The notes: generated by a model not told the origin, from the sequence alone. Shown: positions 11,450-22,606, numbered from the stretch's first letter. The stretch is DNA of 64,000 nt from an uncultured Gemmatimonadales bacterium (GCA_963730185.1 CAVSQW010000007.1:608001-672000); one strand, 5' to 3'. Numbers and translations are program-made.

Positions 11450-11650
11450 AAGTGTCGCGTAACTCGATTGCGGGACTATATTTGGCTGACCGCAGGCCAG
11501 CAGCCTGGCAGCACCCGTAACGACAGCTTTTGAACTGCTCCCTGACCGCACCCGACCGGGGTCGGTCCAGCCGGCTTGATCGACCAAGCCGGCCACCAGG
11601 GTACCGATGACGGGAAGCCTCACCATTCAAGGCCCGGGTCGGGCGTCGCG
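11450..11650 (+). promoter_or_regulatory. Promoter and leader of K5, copy A of a ~200 bp duplicated leader
   Basis: TATATT -10-like hexamer at 11477-11482 and three hairpins. Alignable to ~22409-22606. Confidence 0.55.
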
Positions 11651-14275
11651 GTGACGGACGCCTCATCCCGACTCACGTCCGCGCTCGCCGATCGCTACCG
11701 GATCGAGCGGGAGCTCGGGGCGGGCGGGATGGCCACGGTGTATCTCGCGGAGGACCTGAAGCACGACCGCAAGGTCGCCATCAAGGTCCTCAAGCCCGAG
11801 CTGGCCGCGGTGCTGGGCGCCGAGCGGTTCGTGCAGGAGATCAAGACCACCGCGGCCCTCTCCCATCCGCACATCCTGCCCCTGTTCGACAGCGGCGAGG
11901 CCGGCGGGTTCCTCTACTACGTGATGCCCTACATCGAGGGCGAGACCATTCGGGACCGCCTCAACCGGGAGACCCAGCTCGGCGTGGACGAGGCGGTCCG
12001 GATCACGGTCGAGGTGGCCGACGCCTTGGACTACGCCCACCGGCATGGGGTGATCCACCGGGACATCAAGCCGGAGAACATCCTGCTGCACGACGGGCGG
12101 GCGATGGTGATGGACTTCGGGATCGCGCTGGCGGTGAGTGCCGCGGCCGGGGGGCGGATGACGGAGACGGGGCTCTCGTTAGGCACGCCGCATTACATGA
12201 GCCCCGAGCAGGCCACGGCCGACAAGCAGATCACGGCGCGCTCGGACGTCTACTCCCTGGCCAGCGTGCTCTACGAGATGCTGGCCGGCGAGCCGCCCCA
12301 TCTGGGCAACTCGGCGCAGCAGATCATCATGAAGATCGTGACCGACGAGGCCCGGCCGGTCAGCGATCTCCGGAAGGCGACCCCGCCGAACGTCGTGGCG
12401 GCCGTGAGCCGGGCGCTCCAGAAGCTGCCGGCGGACCGCTTCGCGTCGGCGAGCGAATTCGGGGCGGCGCTCACGGGCGGCCCCGGGGCGCTGCCGCTCA
12501 GTGCCGGTGCCGGGACGGCAGCGGGATCCGTCACCCGGTGGCGGCGGCTTGCGCTCGGGGCCGGCGTCGTGGCGGCGGTGGCCGTCGCCGTCCTGCTCTG
12601 GACCCTGGCCCGCCGGGCGCCGGGCGGCCCGGCGGACGGGCCGATCGCGTTCACCTTTCGGCCCAGCCTGAATCAATCCCAGCGGATCGGCATCGCGATC
12701 TCGCCAGACGGCCGGCAGATCCTGATTCCGGCGCCGGACTCGAACGGGGTCGAGGGTCTCCTGGTCAGGGACCTGGCCTCGCCGGGCGTCGCGTGGATCC
12801 CGGGCGCGGCGCGGGCGTCGGAAGCCAGCTTCTCTCCCGACGGCCGGTGGGTGGTCTACGACGCCGACTCCAAGCTGTACAAGGTCCCGGTGGCCGGCGG
12901 CCCGCCGGTGGAGCTGGTCGACTCGCTCAGGCCGACGGGAGCGTTCTGGGGGGCCAACGGCTGGATCGCCTTCTCGGCGTCCAACGCCGGACTCTGGCGG
13001 GTGCGGGAGTCGGGCGGCGAGCCGGAGCAGCTCACCCGGCTCGACTCGACCCGGCGGGAGTTCGCGCACTTCGCCCCGGTCGAGCTTCCGGGTGGCAAGG
13101 CGGCGATCTACAACAGCTACGCCACGCCGCTCGCCCGCTCGCGGATCGAAGCGGTCGAGTACGCCACCGGCCGGAAGACGGTGCTGGTCGATGGCGCGAT
13201 CCTCCCTCGTTACCTCGACGGCTACCTGCTCTACGTTCGGGACGGCGCCATCTTCGCGGCGCCCTTCGATCCCGGCCGGCTCAAGGTGCTCGCGCCGGCC
13301 GTGCCGGTGGTGGAGGACGTTGCCTGGGATCTGACCGAAGGCAGCGCCGGATACTCGGTGTCCGACAACGGCACGCTGGTGTACCTCAAGGCGTCGGCCT
13401 GGAACCAGGAGCGGCAGGTCGTCTGGGTGGACCGGCAGGGCAACGCGCGGCCGGCGCTTCCCCGGCCCGGACAGTGGGCGGAGCCCCGGATCTCGCCCGA
13501 CGGCCGGTGGCTGGCCGTCACGGGACTGGACCCGTCACACCAAATCTGGCTCTTCGATCGGACCCGCCGGGTGCTCACCCAGCTGACCCACTCGGCGGGG
13601 GCGTCGTTCGACCCGAACTGGATGCCCGACAGCCGTTCTCTGGCCTACTCCCTCGAGACACCGGTGTACGATGTGGGGCGAATCTCGATCGACGGCGGGA
13701 CCGTGGACACGGTCCTGATGACCCCGATCGACAAGCTCCCGAGCGCGGTTTCGGCCGACGGCAAGCTGGTGGCCTATACGGGCTACGGGAACCGCCAGGT
13801 GACCGGGGTGGCCCCGATCGACGGGAGCCGGCCCCCGGTGGTCGACGATGACGGGCGGGACCGCGCCAACCAGGCCTTTTCGCCCGACGGCCGGTGGCTG
13901 GCGTACGAGGAGGTCGTCTCGGACCGGCCGCAGGTCTTCGTTCGCCTGATGAGCGGCGGCGGCCGCCGGCAGGTCTCGGCGACCGGGGGCACCCAGCCCC
14001 GCTGGACCAAGGGGGGCAGGGAGCTCGTCTACCGCGACGGCGACGCGGTGTACGCCGTCTCCTTCCAGCCGGCCACCGGCGACCCGGGCACTCCGATGCG
14101 CCTCTTCGCCTTGCGGGATGCCGGCCGGGTCAACCGGGACCGCACCGTCGGCTACGACGTCACCCCCGACGGGTCGGAGTTCCTGATGGTGGAGCCGGTG
14201 GTGCGGCCCGAGGTTCAGCCGGTGGTGGTGATCGTCGATTGGATCGCGCAGCTCCGGAAGAAGGTGCCCCGATGA
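11651..14275 (+). CDS. K5: Ser/Thr kinase - TM - beta-propeller
   Basis: GTG start (VTDASSRLTSALADRY), kinase motifs, TM LALGAGVVAAVAVAVLLW, SPDG blades. Confidence 0.92.
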   Translation: MTDASSRLTSALADRYRIERELGAGGMATVYLAEDLKHDRKVAIKVLKPELAAVLGAERFVQEIKTTAALSHPHILPLFDSGEAGGFLYYVMPYIEGETIRDRLNRETQLGVDEAVRITVEVADALDYAHRHGVIHRDIKPENILLHDGRAMVMDFGIALAVSAAAGGRMTETGLSLGTPHYMSPEQATADKQITARSDVYSLASVLYEMLAGEPPHLGNSAQQIIMKIVTDEARPVSDLRKATPPNVVAAVSRALQKLPADRFASASEFGAALTGGPGALPLSAGAGTAAGSVTRWRRLALGAGVVAAVAVAVLLWTLARRAPGGPADGPIAFTFRPSLNQSQRIGIAISPDGRQILIPAPDSNGVEGLLVRDLASPGVAWIPGAARASEASFSPDGRWVVYDADSKLYKVPVAGGPPVELVDSLRPTGAFWGANGWIAFSASNAGLWRVRESGGEPEQLTRLDSTRREFAHFAPVELPGGKAAIYNSYATPLARSRIEAVEYATGRKTVLVDGAILPRYLDGYLLYVRDGAIFAAPFDPGRLKVLAPAVPVVEDVAWDLTEGSAGYSVSDNGTLVYLKASAWNQERQVVWVDRQGNARPALPRPGQWAEPRISPDGRWLAVTGLDPSHQIWLFDRTRRVLTQLTHSAGASFDPNWMPDSRSLAYSLETPVYDVGRISIDGGTVDTVLMTPIDKLPSAVSADGKLVAYTGYGNRQVTGVAPIDGSRPPVVDDDGRDRANQAFSPDGRWLAYEEVVSDRPQVFVRLMSGGGRRQVSATGGTQPRWTKGGRELVYRDGDAVYAVSFQPATGDPGTPMRLFALRDAGRVNRDRTVGYDVTPDGSEFLMVEPVVRPEVQPVVVIVDWIAQLRKKVPR

Positions 14276-16937
14276 CGGCGCCGGGTCGGCTCGCCGCGGC
14301 TCTCCGGACCGCTACCGGATCGAGCGGGAGCTCGGCGCGGGCGGCATGGCGACCGTGTATCTGGCCGAGGATCTCAAGCACGACCGGAAGGTCGCGATCA
14401 AGGTGCTGAAGCCGGAGCTGGCGGCGGTGCTGGGCGCCGAGCGGTTCGTGCAGGAGATCAAGACCACGGCGGCGCTCTCGCATCCGAACATCCTGCCGCT
14501 CTTCGATTCCGGCGAGGCCGGCGGCTACCTGTACTACGTGATGCCGTACCTCGAGGGCGAGACCATCCGCGAGAAGCTGAACCGCGAAGCGCAGTTCGGG
14601 ATCGAGGAGGCACTGAAGATCACGACCGAGGTGGCCGAGGCGCTGGAGTATGCCCACCGGCACGGCGTGATCCATCGCGACATCAAGCCGGAAAACGTCC
14701 TGCTGCACGCCGGGCGCCCGATGGTGATGGACTTCGGGATCGCGCTCGCGGTGTCCGCCGCGGCGGGCGGGCGGATGACGGAGACGGGGCTGTCGTTAGG
14801 CACGCCGCACTACATGAGCCCCGAGCAGGCGACGGCGGACAAGCAGATCACGGCCCGGAGCGACGTCTACTCGCTGGCGAGCGTGCTCTACGAGATGCTG
14901 GCGGGGGAGCCGCCGCACACGGGCGGGTCGGCCCAGGCGATCATCATGAAGATCGTCACCGACGTGCCCCGGCCGGTGACCGAGCTGCGCAAGAGCGTGC
15001 CGCCGAACGTCGAAGCGGCGCTGAGCAAGGCGCTGGAGAAGGTGCCGGCCGATCGCTTCGCCACGGCGCAGGCGTTCGCGCAGGCGCTGCACGACCCGGC
15101 GAGCGCGGCGATGCTCGCCGCCCGGGGCGCGGTGGCCGGCGGTGGATGGAAGGCCAATGTCCGGAATCCGGTCGTGTGGGTCCTCGCGCTCCTCGCCGCC
15201 GGGGCGTCGGCGCTGGCCATGCACGAGCGGTCGGCCGCTTGGGCGGCCGGGCCCGACGCCGTGGTCCGCTTCAAGGTGACCATGCCGGCGGGGTCTCAGC
15301 TCGCCCTCGACGACCCGCAGGGGCCCGATCTGGCGATCTCGGCCGACGGCTCGACCGTGGCCTTCCCGGCGGGCGACCGGCAAGGCCGGCGGCAGATCTA
15401 CGTGCGCCGGCTGGACGAGCCGGTCGCGCGGGCGCTCCCCGGAACCGACGGCGGCTTTCTCCCGGCCTTCTCGCCCGACGGGACCCGCCTCGCCTTTTGG
15501 GTTGCCGGCCGGGTGGCGACGATCTCCCTCGACGGCGGGGCGCCGCACGCCGCCGGCGAGTTCGGGAGCCTCAACGCCCTCCGCTGGGTCAGCGACGGCG
15601 AGCTGATCTTCGCCGCCGGGTCCACGCTAGGACCGCGCCGGATCATGCGGGTGGCCGTCGCCGGTTGTGAGCCGCGCCCGGTCGCACCCCTGGATACCGC
15701 CCATGGCGAGATGGGCCAGTTCTTCCCGGTGGCCCTCCCGGACGGGAAGCACGTGCTGTACGAGAGCTGGGGACACGGCGCCGCCGAGGATGCCCGGATC
15801 GGGATGCTCGACCTCGAGACGGGACGGGCCCGGCGGCTCGATCTTCCCGGGACGACGCCCCTCGGGGTCTTGGACGGCACGCTCATCTACGCGGATCAGA
15901 CGGGGACCATCCTCGCGGTGCCGTTCGACGTGAGGTCGGGATCCGTCGGCGGGCGCCCGGTGCCGGTGGGCGGCGGCGTGGCAACCAGCGCCCGGGGCCT
16001 CGCCGTGGCGAGTCTCTCGCCCACGGGCACCCTCGCGTACAAGGGCGGGAGTGCCGAGGCGACTCTCGTGCTGGCGAACGCCTCCGGGGAGGCGGCGCTC
16101 CTGCCGACTCCGGATGCCCGCGCCTTCGCGTTTCCACGCTACTCCCCCGACGGGTCCAAAGTCGCCCTGGCCGTCGGGAGCGGCACCTCCACCGACGTGT
16201 GGGTAGCGGACGTCGCGTCGGGAAATCTTCTCCGCTTGAGCAACGGGGGGAGCGTCAACGACCGCCCCGAATGGTCCCCGGATGGCAAACAGGTTCTCTT
16301 CCGGACGGTGCGTGGCGGTCGCTCGGCCATCTGGTGGCAACCGGCGGATCAGAGCGCGCCCGCCACGCCCCTCGTGGCGAACGACAGCGCGGACTACTTC
16401 GAGGCGGTCGTCACGCCGGATGGCCGGCAGCTGGTGTTCCAGGTGGACAATGGACAGGCGGACGTCATGAGGCGGCCGATCGGGGGCGGCGGCGCGACGC
16501 CGATCGCGAACACCCCTGCGCTCGAGTCCCAGGCCCGGGTGTCTCCCGACGGCCGGTGGGTGGCGTTGGTCAGCGACGCCGACGGCGCCCCTCGGGTGGT
16601 GGTCCAGCCGCTGACCGGTCCGGGGGCCAAGGTACCGATCTCGCTTCGCGGCGGGAACGAGCCGGTGTGGTCGCGAGATGGCCGGCGGATCTTCTACCGT
16701 GCCGAGGGCAAGTTCCGGGTCGCCGAGGTGTCGGCCTCGCCGACGTTCCGGGTCGTGTCCCGTCACGACTTCATGGTCGATGGCTACCTGACGTCTCCCG
16801 CGCCGCATGCCAACTACGACGTGGCCCCCGACGGGAAGAGCCTCCTGGTCCTCAAGGGCGAGGCCGCCGACTTGTTGGTCGTGCACGGGTGGATCTCGGA
16901 AGTCCGGGCGAAGCTGGCGGAGGGAGGGGGGCGATGA
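14272..16937 (+). CDS. K6: Ser/Thr kinase - TM - beta-propeller (frameshift ~14305)
   Basis: ATGA overlap with K5. MTAPGRLAAAL shifts into DRYRIERELGAGGMATV. The rest is ORF 14346-16937. Confidence 0.9.
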
Positions 16938-19570
16938 CGGATCGGATCGCCGCGGCCCTCGCCGACCGCTACCGCCTCGAGCGCGAGCTGGGGCAGGGCG
17001 GGATGGCCACGGTCTACCTGGCCGAGGACTTGAAGCACGACCGCAAGGTCGCGATCAAGGTCCTGAAGCCGGAGCTGGCGGCGGTGCTCGGTGCCGACCG
17101 GTTCGTGCAGGAGATCAAGACCACCGCGGCACTCTCCCACCCGCACATCCTCCCGCTCTTCGACAGCGGCGAGGCCGGGGGCTTCCTCTATTACGTCATG
17201 CCCTACATCGAGGGCGAGACGATCCGGGACCGGCTCAACCGGGAGACCCAGCTCGGCGTGGAGGAGGCGGTTCGAATCACGGTCGAGGTGGCCGACGCCC
17301 TGGATTACGCCCACCGGCACGGGGTGATCCACCGGGACATCAAGCCCGAGAACATCCTGCTGCACGACGGCCGGGCGATGGTGATGGACTTCGGGATCGC
17401 GCTGGCGGTGAGCGCGGCCGCCGGCGGGCGGATGACGGAGACAGGGCTCTCGTTGGGCACCCCTCACTACATGAGCCCCGAGCAGGCCACGGCGGACAAG
17501 GACCTCACCAATCGGTCCGACCTCTACTCGCTGGGCTCGGTGCTCTACGAGATGCTGACCGGTGATCCGCCGCACACGGCCTCCTCGGCCCAGGCGATCA
17601 TCATGAAGATCGTGACCGAGGACGCGGCGCCGGTCACCCGGCTTCGGAAGAACGTCCCGTCCAACGTGGCGGCGGCCGTGGCCCGGTCGCTCGAGCGGCT
17701 CCCGGCCGATCGGTTCGAGACCGCGAAGGCCTTCGCCGAGGCGCTCACCAATCCCGGGTTCACGGCGAGGGTCGGCGGCACGCTGGGGCTCTCCCCGGGC
17801 GCGGCGCCTCGCCGGTCCTTCCTGGTCGCGAGCCTCGTCGTCGCGGTGCTGCTGCTGGGCGGGTTGGCCGCCTGGGGCTGGCTCCGGCCCGAGCCTCGAG
17901 CGCCGGTGGCGCGGTTTCTGGTCTCGGTGCCCGACAGTCAGCCGTTGGCGCGCGGTCCGTACGCGGGGCTACAGATCACCGCCGACGGCCGCCGGCTGGG
18001 TTATCTCGGGGTCGGAGCCGACGGGGTGGTCCGGGTGTTCGTCCGCGACTTCGCCGCCTTCGATGCGCTCCCGGTCACCGGATCGGAGCGCGCCGATGGC
18101 TTCGCGTTCTCGCCGGATGGCAAGGAGATGATGGTGCTGGCCGATGGACAATTGCGGCGCACGGGCTGGTCGGGCGCGGCGCCGCGAACCATCGGTGATT
18201 CGGCGCTGGCCGGCGGCATCGTCTGGGGGGACGATGGCTTCGTTTATTTCACCGACCTGGCGGGGAACCTGGTCCGGAGGGCGGCCGCCGGCGGCCCCGT
18301 CGAGCGAATGGCCGAGACGTCCGGAAGGGAGCTGCGCGCCTGGCTCGACGTGTTTCCCGGGGGCCGCGCGGGACTCGTCCTCGAGACCCCGCCGGCGGTA
18401 ACCGGCCGCGAACCCACGGTAGCGATCCTCGACTTCTCGACCGGGACGACGCGGCCACTCGTCCGCGGGGCAAAGGCGGTATACCGGGCCGGGCTGGTCG
18501 TCTTCGGGCGCAGCGACGGAACGCTCTGGGCCGGACCATTTGACCTGCACCGGCTCGCGTTCCTCCGGGAGCCGATCCAGGTGGGCCGAGCGGGGGTCAG
18601 GGTGGCGCACGTGAGGGACTTGTTGTTCGCCGTCTCCGGCACCGGGACCCTGATCTATCTCCTGCCGTCGCCTCACGGCATGTCGCCGGTCCGGCTCGGG
18701 CGCGACGGCCGCCAGGTACCGTATCCGTTCACGGCTCCGTTCTCGCTCGGCCCCAGGCTGTCGCCGGAAGGGCGGCGGCTGGCGGCCACGTTGTCCGATG
18801 GGCCCGCCTCCGACGTCTACGTGGTCGACCTGCCCACCGGCAGCACCACCCGGCTGACCTTCGACCGCGCCAGCGGGTACCCGGAGTGGTCGCCGGACGG
18901 TCGTCGGGTCGGGTACTACAGCCTCGCCGACAGCACCTATCGGCTGCTCTGGCGAGTTGCCGACGCGTCGGCGCCGGCCGAGCAGCTGATCCGGGGCCCA
19001 TGGCGGCCGATCGAGGTCGCCTTCCTGCCGGGCGGGCGCGCCTTCATCACCCGCGAGGGCGATCGATCGACCACGGACAACGCCGACCTGATCCGCTACG
19101 ACCGGGCGGGGGACAGCCTGACCCGCACCCCGCTGACCCGCACGCCGGCCAACGAGCGGAGCCCGATGATCTCGCCGGACGGGAGGTACGTCGCCTATGT
19201 CTCGGACGAAGGCGGCAGCGACCAGATCTACGTTCGGGAGACCCGACCCTCCGACGAGGTCTGGCGGGTGTCCCCGGACGGCGGCCGGGAGCCGCTCTGG
19301 GGCCGGAGCGGTCGTGAGCTGTTCTACCGGGGCCGGGGCCAGCTGATCCGCGTCGGAGTTCGGACCAGCCCGAGCTTCGCGGTGACCGAGCCGGCCCGGG
19401 AGCTGTTCCCGGCCGGCGCGTTCCTGGAGAACTTGAATCACACCGCCTACGGGATCCTCCCCGGTGACACCGCCTTCGTGTTTGTCAGAGCGGCCCCGTC
19501 GGACGATCGGGTCGCGGTGGTGTTGAACTGGACGGCCGAGGTGAAGGCGCAATTGGCGGGCAAGCGTTAG
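16934..19570 (+). CDS. K7: Ser/Thr kinase - TM - beta-propeller
   Basis: ATGA overlap with K6 after GGAGG; MTDRIAAALADRY; TM FLVASLVVAVLLLGGLAAWGWL; SPDG blades. Confidence 0.92.
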   Translation: MTDRIAAALADRYRLERELGQGGMATVYLAEDLKHDRKVAIKVLKPELAAVLGADRFVQEIKTTAALSHPHILPLFDSGEAGGFLYYVMPYIEGETIRDRLNRETQLGVEEAVRITVEVADALDYAHRHGVIHRDIKPENILLHDGRAMVMDFGIALAVSAAAGGRMTETGLSLGTPHYMSPEQATADKDLTNRSDLYSLGSVLYEMLTGDPPHTASSAQAIIMKIVTEDAAPVTRLRKNVPSNVAAAVARSLERLPADRFETAKAFAEALTNPGFTARVGGTLGLSPGAAPRRSFLVASLVVAVLLLGGLAAWGWLRPEPRAPVARFLVSVPDSQPLARGPYAGLQITADGRRLGYLGVGADGVVRVFVRDFAAFDALPVTGSERADGFAFSPDGKEMMVLADGQLRRTGWSGAAPRTIGDSALAGGIVWGDDGFVYFTDLAGNLVRRAAAGGPVERMAETSGRELRAWLDVFPGGRAGLVLETPPAVTGREPTVAILDFSTGTTRPLVRGAKAVYRAGLVVFGRSDGTLWAGPFDLHRLAFLREPIQVGRAGVRVAHVRDLLFAVSGTGTLIYLLPSPHGMSPVRLGRDGRQVPYPFTAPFSLGPRLSPEGRRLAATLSDGPASDVYVVDLPTGSTTRLTFDRASGYPEWSPDGRRVGYYSLADSTYRLLWRVADASAPAEQLIRGPWRPIEVAFLPGGRAFITREGDRSTTDNADLIRYDRAGDSLTRTPLTRTPANERSPMISPDGRYVAYVSDEGGSDQIYVRETRPSDEVWRVSPDGGREPLWGRSGRELFYRGRGQLIRVGVRTSPSFAVTEPARELFPAGAFLENLNHTAYGILPGDTAFVFVRAAPSDDRVAVVLNWTAEVKAQLAGKR

Positions 19571-19728
19571 GCCCCAGCCGAGGAGCCGAACCGGTGACGG
19601 TCACCATATCGAGGATGGAACCGTGACAAGCCACGCTGCTTTTCGCCCCCCGTGCCCGGGGCTTGCCCGCGCCGTAGACCCTGATCACGGTCGCCTTCCC
19701 CGCCGGCGCGATCGCTTCGCTGGTCCAG

Positions 19729-19944
19729 TTGGCGATTCATTCCAGCGAGGGGGATCTGACCTTCGAGCCGAAGCTCAGGACCCACCTCGGGCTGCTGGCC
19801 GGAGGGGTCGACATGGCGTATGCCGCGCCGACCGCCGCCGAGCGGGCGGTCTACGTGAAGATGGGGCAGGAGGCGCAGGCGGGTGAAGCCAGGTTGCGCG
19901 CCGTGCTGGCCAAGCTCGGCGCGCCAAAGCCGCTGACGCCGTAG
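19729..19944 (+). pseudogene. Orphan C-terminal helical fragment resembling the tail of VPS10/BNR-repeat glycosyl-hydrolase-like proteins
   Basis: HSSEGDLTFEPKLRTHL...VDMAYAAPTAAERAVY shows coding-like codon usage but no credible start. The family is recognised from memory only. Confidence 0.45.
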
Positions 19945-19961
19945 CCGACGGAACGCCGCCG

Positions 19962-20746
19962 ATGGCAGACCCCGCCGCCCGCCTCGCCGCCGCCCTGGCC
20001 GACCGCTACCGCCTCGAGCGCGAGCTTGGGTCCGGCGGGATGGCGACCGTCTATCTGGCGGCGGACCTGAAGCACGACCGAAAGGTCGCCATCAAGGTCT
20101 TGAAGCCGGAGCTGGCCGCCGTGCTCGGCGCCGAGCGGTTCGTGCAGGAGATCAAGACCACCGCGGCATTGTCCCACCCCCACATCCTGCCCCTCTTCGA
20201 TTCGGGTGAGGCGGCCGGATTTCTCTATTACGTCATGCCCTACATCGAGGGCGAGACCATCCGCGACCGGTCCCTCGGGCGACTTCGTCGTCTACCACGC
20301 GGTGCCGGGCGGGCGGAGCGAGCTCTGGTACCGCTCGCTCCGCGATGCCACCGTCCGGCGGATTCCCGGCACCGAGAACGGCAGCCAGCCGGTCCTCTCG
20401 CCCGACGGCACCCGGGTCGCCTTCTTCAACTCCGACGCCGATGGCCAGAACCTCCTGGTCCTGCCGGTCGAGGGAGGAACGGCCACCGCGCTGGGTCGGG
20501 TCACCGCGCCCCCGAGCCTCCAGTGGCTTCCCGATGCTTTCCGTCAACATGGTGAACCACGCCTTCGATCCGATCCGGGCGGACCCCCGGTTCGCGGCGG
20601 TCATTCGGAAGCTCAATCTCGACGTGGCCCGGTTCACGCTGCCGGACGGCGGGCGGTCCCAACAGGAGACCGGATCGCCTCGATCGCCGAGCGCCTCTCG
20701 GCCGTCCTGAGCGACCGCTCCCGGATCGAGCGTGAGTTCGGCCAGC
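19962..20746 (+). pseudogene. Four-part mosaic kinase remnant
   Basis: Kinase N-lobe 19962-20269; out-of-frame propeller blade 20270-20534; 124-bp copy of the K2 3' end at 20535-20658; degenerate K3-like start 20686-20746. Confidence 0.8.
20535..20658 (+). repeat. Direct repeat of 5198-5321 (3' end of K2)
   Basis: Read base by base: 124 bp with one mismatch (ccggtcggac vs ccgggcggac). Confidence 0.9.
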
Positions 20747-20913
20747 GCCGGATCCCCTTTCCCCCCAAAGACTTCCACGAATGATTCTCGGCTGATGGTT
20801 GGGAGGGCCGGGGTGAGAGCCAGGAGATGGCTGCTCCCCAGATTGGCTCTCGCTCGAACGCCGGGCGGCGCCGCCCCCTGGCGCTCCGACCAACTCAGCC
20901 GCGGGAGTCCGCC

Positions 20914-22386
20914 ATGTCGTCCCGAATTCTGCTCGCGTTGCTTGCCACGCCTCTCCTGGTGGCCGGTCCGCTGCTCGCCCAGCGCCCGATACCGCGGCCG
21001 ACCGCCGTCGCCCCCAGGACCATGACGCTGGTCGGCGGGGCCGCGGTGACGGGCCTCAAGGGGGCGGCGACGGCGATCACCGCTACTCTGACCTGGGCGC
21101 CGGCCTCCGGGGCCAGCGCCTACAAGATCTACCGCGCACTGCCGCCCCGGGTCCCGTTCGCCGTGGTCGCGACGGTCAGTGCCCCGACGACCACGTTCAA
21201 AGACACTGGGGTTTACCCGGGCATGATCTACTCGTACCAGATCGGGGCGGTCTACGCCGGGGGTGAAGCATCCCCCTCGGCGCCGGTGTCCCTCAGCACG
21301 CTCCCGGGCGCGCCCCCGACCTGGATCAAGGGCACCGTCACCGGGGTCGGTCAGGTGTCCCTCACGTGGCCGGCGGCGTCGGACGCGGCCGCCTACGCGA
21401 TCTGGCGGGATGGGACCCCGTTGACCAACAATGTGCCGGGGACCAGCTGGACCGACACCCAGGCGCCCAGCGGCACCCACGTCTATACCGTCGGCTCGAT
21501 GTTCCAGCCGGTCGCGGGCCGGGGCCTGGTCGAGGGGCAGCTGACCAACCTGCCGAGCGCCTCGGTGGCCACGCTCTACGGGATCTACAGCCTGATCCTC
21601 GAGCGGCTCAGCGTCACCAACCAGACCAAGGACGCCCTCTTCGAGCAGGATGGAAAGGGAGACGAGGTCTACGTCACGGTCGACGTCAGCCTGCTCGACA
21701 AGGGCAAGCCGTCGGTGATTCCGACCCAGCAGCTCCGGAGCTGGACCTACGGCGACGTCGGCGCCGACCACGTCAACCGGATCCGGGCCGGCTCGGCCGA
21801 CGCCAGCAACGGCGGCATCCGGACCGGCGACGCGGTTCCCGATACCCGGATCGCCTGCCAGAGCCAGCCGCCCGATCACTACTGCCTGCCGCTCGAGATC
21901 TTCCGCGGCCAGCTGGCGCAGGACGCGCTGGCCGTGATGGTGGTGCCGACCATCTGGGAGTACGACGGCACCCAGACCATGATGCAGCAGCTCCTGGCGT
22001 ACCAGGTGAACCAGCTCCAGCAGATCGGTACCGGCGGGTTCAACCTGCCGTCGGACTCCAAGCACGTCACGACCACCCTGAGCAACGCCCTGAACTACTC
22101 GCCGCTCAACCCCACGGGTGGTCTGGCGTTCGTGACGTCGATGGGCGACGGTCAGGCGGATCGGCCGATCGGCCTCCAGAAGACCGCCAGCGGTTCCCAC
22201 ACTTACGACTCGCAGGTGATCAGCCTGACCTACCAACTGGCCGACGCGCTGCTCTCGAATACGGCACAGATCGGCGGGCTCTACCCCGGTGAGTTCACCA
22301 TCACCTACCGGGATGGTCCGGACTACGAAGGCCTCTACGTGGCCACCTTCTTGGTCAGGCGGTGCGCCAGCATGACGTCCTGCTGA
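20914..22386 (+). CDS. Secreted protein with two FN3-like domains and an unassigned C-terminal domain
   Basis: Signal peptide MSSRILLALLATPLLVAGPLLAQ after GGGAG; LTWAPASGASAYKIYR...FKDTGVYPGMIYSYQI and VSLTWPAASDAAAYAIWRDG. Confidence 0.75.
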   Translation: MSSRILLALLATPLLVAGPLLAQRPIPRPTAVAPRTMTLVGGAAVTGLKGAATAITATLTWAPASGASAYKIYRALPPRVPFAVVATVSAPTTTFKDTGVYPGMIYSYQIGAVYAGGEASPSAPVSLSTLPGAPPTWIKGTVTGVGQVSLTWPAASDAAAYAIWRDGTPLTNNVPGTSWTDTQAPSGTHVYTVGSMFQPVAGRGLVEGQLTNLPSASVATLYGIYSLILERLSVTNQTKDALFEQDGKGDEVYVTVDVSLLDKGKPSVIPTQQLRSWTYGDVGADHVNRIRAGSADASNGGIRTGDAVPDTRIACQSQPPDHYCLPLEIFRGQLAQDALAVMVVPTIWEYDGTQTMMQQLLAYQVNQLQQIGTGGFNLPSDSKHVTTTLSNALNYSPLNPTGGLAFVTSMGDGQADRPIGLQKTASGSHTYDSQVISLTYQLADALLSNTAQIGGLYPGEFTITYRDGPDYEGLYVATFLVRRCASMTSC

Positions 22387-22408
22387 GGAGGGCCCGGCGC
22401 CGGTCTCG

Positions 22409-22606
22409 GAGTATCGCGTAACTCGATTGGAGGACTATATTTGGTGACCGCAGGCCAGTAGCTTGTCGCGCCCGTAACTACCGGTTCCGAACTATCCCCT
22501 GACCGCGCTCGACCGGGGTCGGTCCAGCCGGCCCCGGTCGACGACGCTGGCGCCAGGGTTCGATGACGGGACGTTTTCTCAATCAGCGGCCGACCCCGGC
22601 GTCGCG
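22409..22606 (+). repeat. Copy B of the K5 leader
   Basis: Shares tcgcgtaactcgattg, ggactatatttgg, tgaccgcaggccag, gaccggggtcggtccagccggc and ggcgtcgcggtgacgg with 11450-11656. Confidence 0.85.

Noticed and set aside
20535..20658. DGR template/variable repeat pair with the K2 or K1 3' end
   Set aside because: There is no reverse transcriptase in the window. The single mismatch to K2 is T/G, and the differences to K1 are not adenine-specific.
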